This document shows positions 58,789 to 64,000 of a stretch of DNA of 64,000 nucleotides, piece by piece. The notes beneath the pieces are model-generated. The model did no database searches. It was given only the letters and a program-made list of their open reading frames with translations, and was not told where the DNA came from. A program made the position numbers and the translations under genes. How positions within the stretch are numbered: the first letter of the stretch is position 1; the number at the start of each line of letters is the position of its first letter. Source of the stretch: an uncultured Alphaproteobacteria bacterium (GTDB lineage: Bacteria; Pseudomonadota; Alphaproteobacteria; Rhizobiales; Xanthobacteraceae); NCBI GenBank assembly GCA_963719745.1, contig CAVRDC010000019.1:155941-219940 (forward strand). Direction: 5' to 3'.

Positions 58789-59715
58789 ATGAGCCGTGGA
58801 TATTTGTTCGAACGCGGCGCGGCGAAGAGGTGGTTGGTGTTCCTGATCATCGGTGGTGACTTTGAAATCGGCGGTGCCACGTATCGCGCGATAAAAGCGA
58901 GAGGCGGTGAGGTTGTGGCAACGACTTGCCGTCCGGAGCACACTGGATCCGATCGGCCACTCCTCGACCTCGCCGTGCCGTTTGAATCCTGGGAGCTGCC
59001 GCAGGGAACGACCGCCGTGTGTATATGCGCCGCTATCGCCCGTCTTGCGGCTTGCGCAGTAGACCCTGAGGGTACCTCGCGCATCAATGTCACTCAGACG
59101 CTGGCGCTGATCGATAAACTGCTGGCACGCGGCATCTATGTGCTGTTTCTTTCGTCCAACCAGGTGTTCGACGGACGCGCACCGGACGTGCCGGCTGATG
59201 CGCCGTATTCGCCGGTGAGCGAATACGGCCGGCAGAAGGCGCGCACGGAAGCGGTGCTGCGTGAACGCATAACGCGCGGAGCGCCCGCTGGCATTCTGCG
59301 TCTCGCCAAAGTCATCCCCGAGAAAATGCCGCTGATCGACGGCTGGATCGCGGATTTATCGAACGGCAAGGCGATCAGCGCCTTTCACGACATGACGCTC
59401 GCGCCCACTCCGACCGACCTGGTCTCTGGTGCGATCGGCTCACTGCTCAACGATCGCGCCAGCGGTGTCTTTCAGCTCACCGGGCCGCGCGATGTCGCCT
59501 ATGCGGACGTTGCGCGTTTTGTGGCCTCTTACCTCGGCGCGGAGCATTCATTGGTGTCAGAGACGAGCGCACGCGATGCCGGCTTGCCCGAAGGCGCAAC
59601 GCCGCTCAATACGACGCTCGATTCAGCCTTGTTGGCCGATCGTTACGGGTCTCGCGTGCCCGATGTCTGGGAGGTCATCGAGAAGGTCATTTCGGCTAGC
59701 GGCCGGCAAAAATAA
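58789..59715 (+). CDS. RmlD-like NDP-4-keto-sugar reductase / sugar nucleotide-binding SDR
   Basis: LIIGGDFEIGGA Rossmann-like N-terminus, PVSEYGRQKARTE (YxxxK), LRLAKV. Last gene of the plus-strand operon. Start uncertain (58732 or 58789). Confidence 0.55.
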   Translation: MSRGYLFERGAAKRWLVFLIIGGDFEIGGATYRAIKARGGEVVATTCRPEHTGSDRPLLDLAVPFESWELPQGTTAVCICAAIARLAACAVDPEGTSRINVTQTLALIDKLLARGIYVLFLSSNQVFDGRAPDVPADAPYSPVSEYGRQKARTEAVLRERITRGAPAGILRLAKVIPEKMPLIDGWIADLSNGKAISAFHDMTLAPTPTDLVSGAIGSLLNDRASGVFQLTGPRDVAYADVARFVASYLGAEHSLVSETSARDAGLPEGATPLNTTLDSALLADRYGSRVPDVWEVIEKVISASGRQK

Positions 59716-59731
59716 CGGCGTTCGCTCCAAG

Positions 59732-59759
59732 CTTCCGCGGGGTAGGGAAGGCGCGGAAG
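59732..59759. terminator. Possible bidirectional stem-loop between convergent genes
   Basis: CTTCCGCG (59732..59739) and CGCGGAAG (59752..59759) are perfect 8-bp inverted repeats around a 12-nt loop. There is no clear U-tract. Confidence 0.3.
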
Positions 59760-59834
59760 ATGTCAAGCCAGCGAACCTCGCGGGCGAGCTATCTCCGCAA
59801 GTTCATATCCAGAAGCGCGAGCTCCTGAATCACT

Positions 59835-60854
59835 TCAATACGGCTCCGGCGGTTGCAGGAGCTGCAGCGGCTCTTCGCCGCGCCAGATTAGCCATGGTTC
59901 GATCTCGAAGACCACAAACTGACCGTTCAATCGCGCCGGCTCGGGAAAAGAGATGGAGAGCTGATCCATATCGGGCGTAACCTGCACGGTTGTCTCCGCC
60001 AATGCTTCGGCAAGCTTGGCGCCGAAGCCGCGCAAGACAACCTGAACACCAAGCACGCCCGGCCGGCTAGGCGGCACGAATTTGAGGCGCACGCCGTCGA
60101 CACGGCTCATTTGGCAGCGGGTGGTGCCGAAATTGCTGGGGCGCTCATCCACCAGACGGTTAGCTGGTGCTTGCAACACCATGAAATCAGTATTGACGAT
60201 CGTGGTGCGGTTCCGGTCAAAGGCTTTGTCCGGATTATAGTCGCGGACGGAGGAGCCGAGTTCGCGCCAGCCCGGATTGGCGGCAAGGAAATCGCGTGCC
60301 GCGAAGAAGGGACCGGCCTGGGCTATATTGTCGACGACAATAAAGCCGCCCGGTGTGATCGCACGCGCGCCGCATCCGATGTCGAACAGCGCGAATTCAT
60401 AGTCGTGATTGCCGTCGACGAATACGAGGCTTGGCCGGATGCCCTTATTCCGTTGCTCCATGAAGAAGGACATGGAATCCATTTCATAAAGTCGCGCGCG
60501 TCCCCGGAGCGCCGGCGGCCAGCGCTTAAACACTAGCTTGATATTCTCGCCGCAGAACGGATCGACGGCATGCACTTTGCCGTGGCCGTTGGCATGCAAC
60601 GCGCGACAAATCGCTTCGGTCGTGCCGGCTCTGAATGCGCCGATCTCAAACACATGCTCGGGGCGAAGGTTGCGGATGAGGCAATAGAGCAAGGCCTGCG
60701 ATTGCGGCGAGACCAGCGAACGCGTCGTCACCGGATTGTCGGCGAAGAATGCCGTCGCGGCGTCGAACTCCGGCGACGTTATGATAGCGGCGATCGTGTC
60801 GGCGGCATCAATATCGATTTGCGGGGTCGCAACTGGGCCGATCGGCTTGACCAA
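59835..60854 (-). CDS. Class I methyltransferase (O-methyltransferase family-3-like) with an extra C-terminal domain; intact paralog of 16843..17938
   Basis: HVFEIGAFRAGTTEAICRAL..VHAVDPF..LVFVDGNHDYEFALFD..GGFIVVDN. 339 aa, uninterrupted. Confidence 0.7.
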   Translation of the reverse strand: MVKPIGPVATPQIDIDAADTIAAIITSPEFDAATAFFADNPVTTRSLVSPQSQALLYCLIRNLRPEHVFEIGAFRAGTTEAICRALHANGHGKVHAVDPFCGENIKLVFKRWPPALRGRARLYEMDSMSFFMEQRNKGIRPSLVFVDGNHDYEFALFDIGCGARAITPGGFIVVDNIAQAGPFFAARDFLAANPGWRELGSSVRDYNPDKAFDRNRTTIVNTDFMVLQAPANRLVDERPSNFGTTRCQMSRVDGVRLKFVPPSRPGVLGVQVVLRGFGAKLAEALAETTVQVTPDMDQLSISFPEPARLNGQFVVFEIEPWLIWRGEEPLQLLQPPEPY

Positions 60855-61056
60855 GATGGGAATTTGTTTGGCTTCGAGACTGGCGTCGAGCTTCCTTGCT
60901 GCCCGTCGTGCGGCCTCTTCACCGAAGACCCAGCACCAAGGTCCCGAGGCGCTCGCGGAGAATGCGTAAGCCAGAGCGCAGCAAGCGCACGACCAGGGTT
61001 CGGGGCCGATCGGCTATGGCGTTCATTCCCATCTCATCGCAACGCCAATGTCTCGC

Positions 61057-62106
61057 TCACGCTGTTCCGACCTTCAACAGCACCCGGCCCGCCGCGCCGC
61101 TGCGGACCAAATCGAGGGCGGCGTTGATTTCGCCGAGCGGAAACTCATGCGTGATGATGCCGTCGAACGACAGCCGGCCAGCTCGGTTGAGCCGGATGAG
61201 CCGAGGAATATCGATCTGCGGAACCGCGTCGCCGCCGTGCGATCCGGTCAGCACCTTGTTGAAATGAATTGGCAACGTGTAGATCGTTACCTTCTCGCTG
61301 GGCACACCTACCAGTACGCAGGTACCATCGGGGTGTGTGAGGTTGTAGGCGAGCTCGATCACCGACTTCACCCCGGTGGTTTCGATGACTTTGTCCGGTC
61401 CTTTGGCACCGACGATGTTGCGGATTTCGGCATCCATATCCGCAACCGCCTCGGGATTAAGGCAGTGCGTAGCGCCGCGGGCGCGGGCCATATCGAGCTT
61501 GCTGCCGACTAGGTCGATGGCGACTATGGGATAGGCGCCGGCGAGGTCCGCAAACTGCACGACGTTCAATCCGACGCCGCCGACGCCGAACACCACGATG
61601 GACTCGCCGATCTTGACCTTGGCGTCGTTGTTGATCACACCCGCCGCCGTCGTTACCGCGCAACCCAGTAAGGGCGCATTGCGCAGATCGTAGTCGGGCG
61701 CGATGACCGTCATGCGGTTTTCCGAGATCACGGCGTGGTCGTTGAACGTCGTCACCCAGCCAGCGTTGAGCTTTTTATTCTGCCATTTGTAATCCGGCGG
61801 CTGGCACTGGATGCCTTGGCTCGGCCGCCAGTGTAGCACGACGGTATCGCCGGGTTTCACTGTCGTTACGCCGGGACCGATCTCGATCACCCGTGCCGAG
61901 GCTTCGTGGCCGAGCAGATGGGGCAGGAATTTATCCGGTCCCTTGGCCGCGGCTATTTCATTGAGCTGGGCGCCGCAGATTGTACTGTACAGCACTTTGA
62001 CAAGAACCTGGCCGACCCCAAGTGCGTCAGGAAGGGTGATTTCGTCGACGATAAGCGGCTGGCGAGATTGCGCCAGGATCGCCGCTTTCGCTGTCTGAAC
62101 CTGCAT
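61057..62106 (-). CDS. Zinc-dependent medium-chain alcohol/sugar dehydrogenase
   Basis: GHEASARVIEIGPGV..PGDTVV, nucleotide-binding fold VVFGVGGVGLNVVQFA. 349 aa. Confidence 0.8.
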   Translation of the reverse strand: MQVQTAKAAILAQSRQPLIVDEITLPDALGVGQVLVKVLYSTICGAQLNEIAAAKGPDKFLPHLLGHEASARVIEIGPGVTTVKPGDTVVLHWRPSQGIQCQPPDYKWQNKKLNAGWVTTFNDHAVISENRMTVIAPDYDLRNAPLLGCAVTTAAGVINNDAKVKIGESIVVFGVGGVGLNVVQFADLAGAYPIVAIDLVGSKLDMARARGATHCLNPEAVADMDAEIRNIVGAKGPDKVIETTGVKSVIELAYNLTHPDGTCVLVGVPSEKVTIYTLPIHFNKVLTGSHGGDAVPQIDIPRLIRLNRAGRLSFDGIITHEFPLGEINAALDLVRSGAAGRVLLKVGTA

Positions 62107-62115
62107 GCGTGCTGC

Positions 62116-62781
62116 CTATTCGAAGTAGATGAACTCGTAATCGCCGGTATAGCCGAAGTGGTTATACAGCCAGATCCATTCCGAGGTATGCAGGATGGTT
62201 TCGGCGGTCAGAGCCCAACACTCGAGATTGAATTGTTCCAGTTCGTTACGGTAGCCTTCGACCATGATGTATTTGTTCTTGCCGACCCGTTCGATCTCTC
62301 GCACCGCAGTCTCGAGCTCGAACAGGCGCAGATTGTGCAAGCAGCCGAGCGAGATGACGAGGTCGAATGCACCGTCGCCGTAAGGGTAGCGATCCTGTGC
62401 GCGATAGCGGAACAGGTACGGCTTGATATTGTCGCGGGCGTCGGCGAGGCCGTGTTCTGAAACGTCGAACCCCGCGATTTTGAGGTCCGGCAAGAGCTTC
62501 TTCATCTCGTAGAGCAGAAACGCCTTGCCACAGCCGACATCGAGCACGCTCGACCCGTTCTTGAGCCCGTAGATGTCGATCAGAGCCTTCGCCACCGGCT
62601 GCCAACGGCCCTCAATGAAGTTGTATCCGCCATAGCCGTAACGCCGGTCGCCGTCCCAGTAATCGAATTCATATTCCTTCGCCTTGACCATGCAATGAAC
62701 TTTGTCGTCGTTCATGCGCGCGAGGTACTCGCGCTTTGTGGCTTTGTGCAGAGGTGTGACAACTTCCAGAAGTCGCCCCAT
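62116..62781 (-). CDS. Class I SAM-dependent methyltransferase
   Basis: VLDVGCGKAFLLYEMKKLLPDLKIAGFDVSEHGL..FDLVISLGCLHNL. 9 nt upstream of the dehydrogenase gene. Confidence 0.75.
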   Translation of the reverse strand: MGRLLEVVTPLHKATKREYLARMNDDKVHCMVKAKEYEFDYWDGDRRYGYGGYNFIEGRWQPVAKALIDIYGLKNGSSVLDVGCGKAFLLYEMKKLLPDLKIAGFDVSEHGLADARDNIKPYLFRYRAQDRYPYGDGAFDLVISLGCLHNLRLFELETAVREIERVGKNKYIMVEGYRNELEQFNLECWALTAETILHTSEWIWLYNHFGYTGDYEFIYFE

Positions 62782-63025
62782 ATTTTAAGTCCTCATTGCA
62801 ATGACTGGCGGCGCGATAACCGACAGTGCTTCATAACCGTCAGCGATAGGCTGGAGAAAGCATCGATCGGGGACCGAAGCCGCGCTCGTTCTATCCAGCC
62901 CGTGCGGGTTTGACAAGCCGCGCAGGAATCCAGCCGTAAGCCGCGGTCAGCGCAAAGAAAGGCAGTGTGTTCAACCAGGCCGAAGCTATCTATCCTCCGC
63001 GCCGGCACCAGCGCGGTGAATGAGG

Positions 63026-63958
63026 TTATCGATATTCGGGATGCAGCCGCCGGATTTCGGTCAATGGGTCCAAAGCCCGGTAATTGGTGTCCATGAACAG
63101 ATGGCCGCCTTTGACATCGAAGAAGACGATGTCACCCCCACTGTGGCAGAGATGCGGTCGTTGCGAAGCCTTCATGCGCTGAAGGTTCGCCCGGTATTGC
63201 GCCCATTGCTCCTGCGAACGGTAGTGCTGCTGCGCCGGGTTGACGCGAGATGTGGAGGCTTCGCCCTTCTCCGCCATGACGATGGTGCTCATCTCGTATG
63301 GACTGGCGAAAGACGTCACGGCGCGAGCGGGATCCAGGAGCGCATCGAAATCGATCGTGAAGGTATTGTACGGCGTGGAGCCGATCTGGATATAGACCTT
63401 GCAGTCGGCAAAGCCGTTGACGACAAAATAGTCAAGAAACCACAGCGGCGGAAGCATCGCATACGGTTCGTAGTGATTGCTGAACATGTTGGCGGTCAGC
63501 AAGCGGCCACCGGGCCGCAGCAACTCGGCAAAATTGCGCATGACCATGGCCGGATCGAACACATTGTCCAGCGTGCTGCCGTCATAGATAAGATCGGCGA
63601 TACCGCGCAGTTCTGGCGGAATTGGCGCGCTCAGGTCATGGATGATTTCCGCGCCTTCATAATCGCTGTGGTCGAGGGCCACGACATCAGAGGCGCCAAG
63701 CAGCCGGAATAGCGCCCGGTCGGTGATCAGTTCGGTATCGTCAGGCGTATCGACGCGGTTGCGCGTGCTGCGGTCGATTTCAATGTCGCGTTCGGTGATG
63801 CCAGGCAAATCGACGCCATGCTGGCGCAGCAGGGCCAGGATCTGGGCGGGGGTGAAATAGACCGTCTGCCGGCCGATCAAGACAACATTGCCAGTCAGCG
63901 GGCGATAAACCCGCTCGCGGATCAAGGCATCAAGATGCAGGGGATTACGCAGACCCAT
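63026..63958 (-). CDS. Methyltransferase-fold protein of uncertain specificity
   Basis: VVALDHSDYEGAEIIHDL..ADLIYDGSTLDNVFDP..LLRPGGRLL resembles a class I methyltransferase lacking a canonical GxGxG. 310 aa, uninterrupted. Confidence 0.45.
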   Translation of the reverse strand: MGLRNPLHLDALIRERVYRPLTGNVVLIGRQTVYFTPAQILALLRQHGVDLPGITERDIEIDRSTRNRVDTPDDTELITDRALFRLLGASDVVALDHSDYEGAEIIHDLSAPIPPELRGIADLIYDGSTLDNVFDPAMVMRNFAELLRPGGRLLTANMFSNHYEPYAMLPPLWFLDYFVVNGFADCKVYIQIGSTPYNTFTIDFDALLDPARAVTSFASPYEMSTIVMAEKGEASTSRVNPAQQHYRSQEQWAQYRANLQRMKASQRPHLCHSGGDIVFFDVKGGHLFMDTNYRALDPLTEIRRLHPEYR

Positions 63959-64000
63959 TGACGGCTATCTAGCAGCGCGAGGGCGGCAAGCCAAGTCCGC

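Noticed and set aside
1-64000. Search for CRISPR arrays, tRNA/rRNA genes, integrase/att sites and toxin-antitoxin or defence-system signatures
   Set aside because: I found no spaced direct-repeat arrays, no tRNA-like cloverleaf termini (no GGTTCGAATCC-type T-arm with an acceptor stem), no rRNA-like segments, and no nuclease, helicase or ATPase genes typical of defence islands. The 'gttcgaa' strings at ~210 and ~248 lack tRNA context.

Overview
High-GC bacterial DNA, alphaproteobacterial in style (Bradyrhizobium/Nitrobacteraceae-like; this is inference only). Almost the whole window is one very large cell-surface glycan (LPS O-antigen / polysaccharide) biosynthesis region. I found no rRNA, tRNA or CRISPR array. 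Recognisable content: an ABC-2 exporter pair (wzt intact, wzm frameshifted); at least 5 GT2 glycosyltransferases; at least 16 SAM-methyltransferase-like genes or domains; two acyltransferase-3 genes; sugar-nucleotide enzymes (WecE-like aminotransferase, several SDR epimerase/dehydratase/reductases, SqdB/SQD1-like, CapD-like); a radical SAM enzyme; YdjC and FemAB-like genes; several large polytopic membrane proteins (YfhO-like, a 771-aa GT-C-like protein, a tandem pair of an unassignable 559-aa family, a UPF0104 flippase-like protein); and three IS elements (a decayed IS5-family copy with an IS630 inserted at its end, and an IS481 with a GCTAGC target duplication). The window splits into two parts. 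From about 1.2 to 34.7 kb nearly every gene needs frame changes to restore its conserved protein, and one needs a stop-codon reversion. From 35 to 64 kb the genes are uninterrupted. The most interesting intact block is the plus-strand operon at 48.0-59.7 kb: SDR, cytidylyltransferase-PfkB kinase fusion, GmhA-like isomerase, SDR, a 970-aa multidomain protein, HAD phosphatase, APH-like kinase, split transketolase and RmlD-like reductase. It looks like a self-contained pathway for a nucleotide-activated, modified heptose or higher-carbon sugar. All functional calls come from motif and family recognition by eye; no database search was run.
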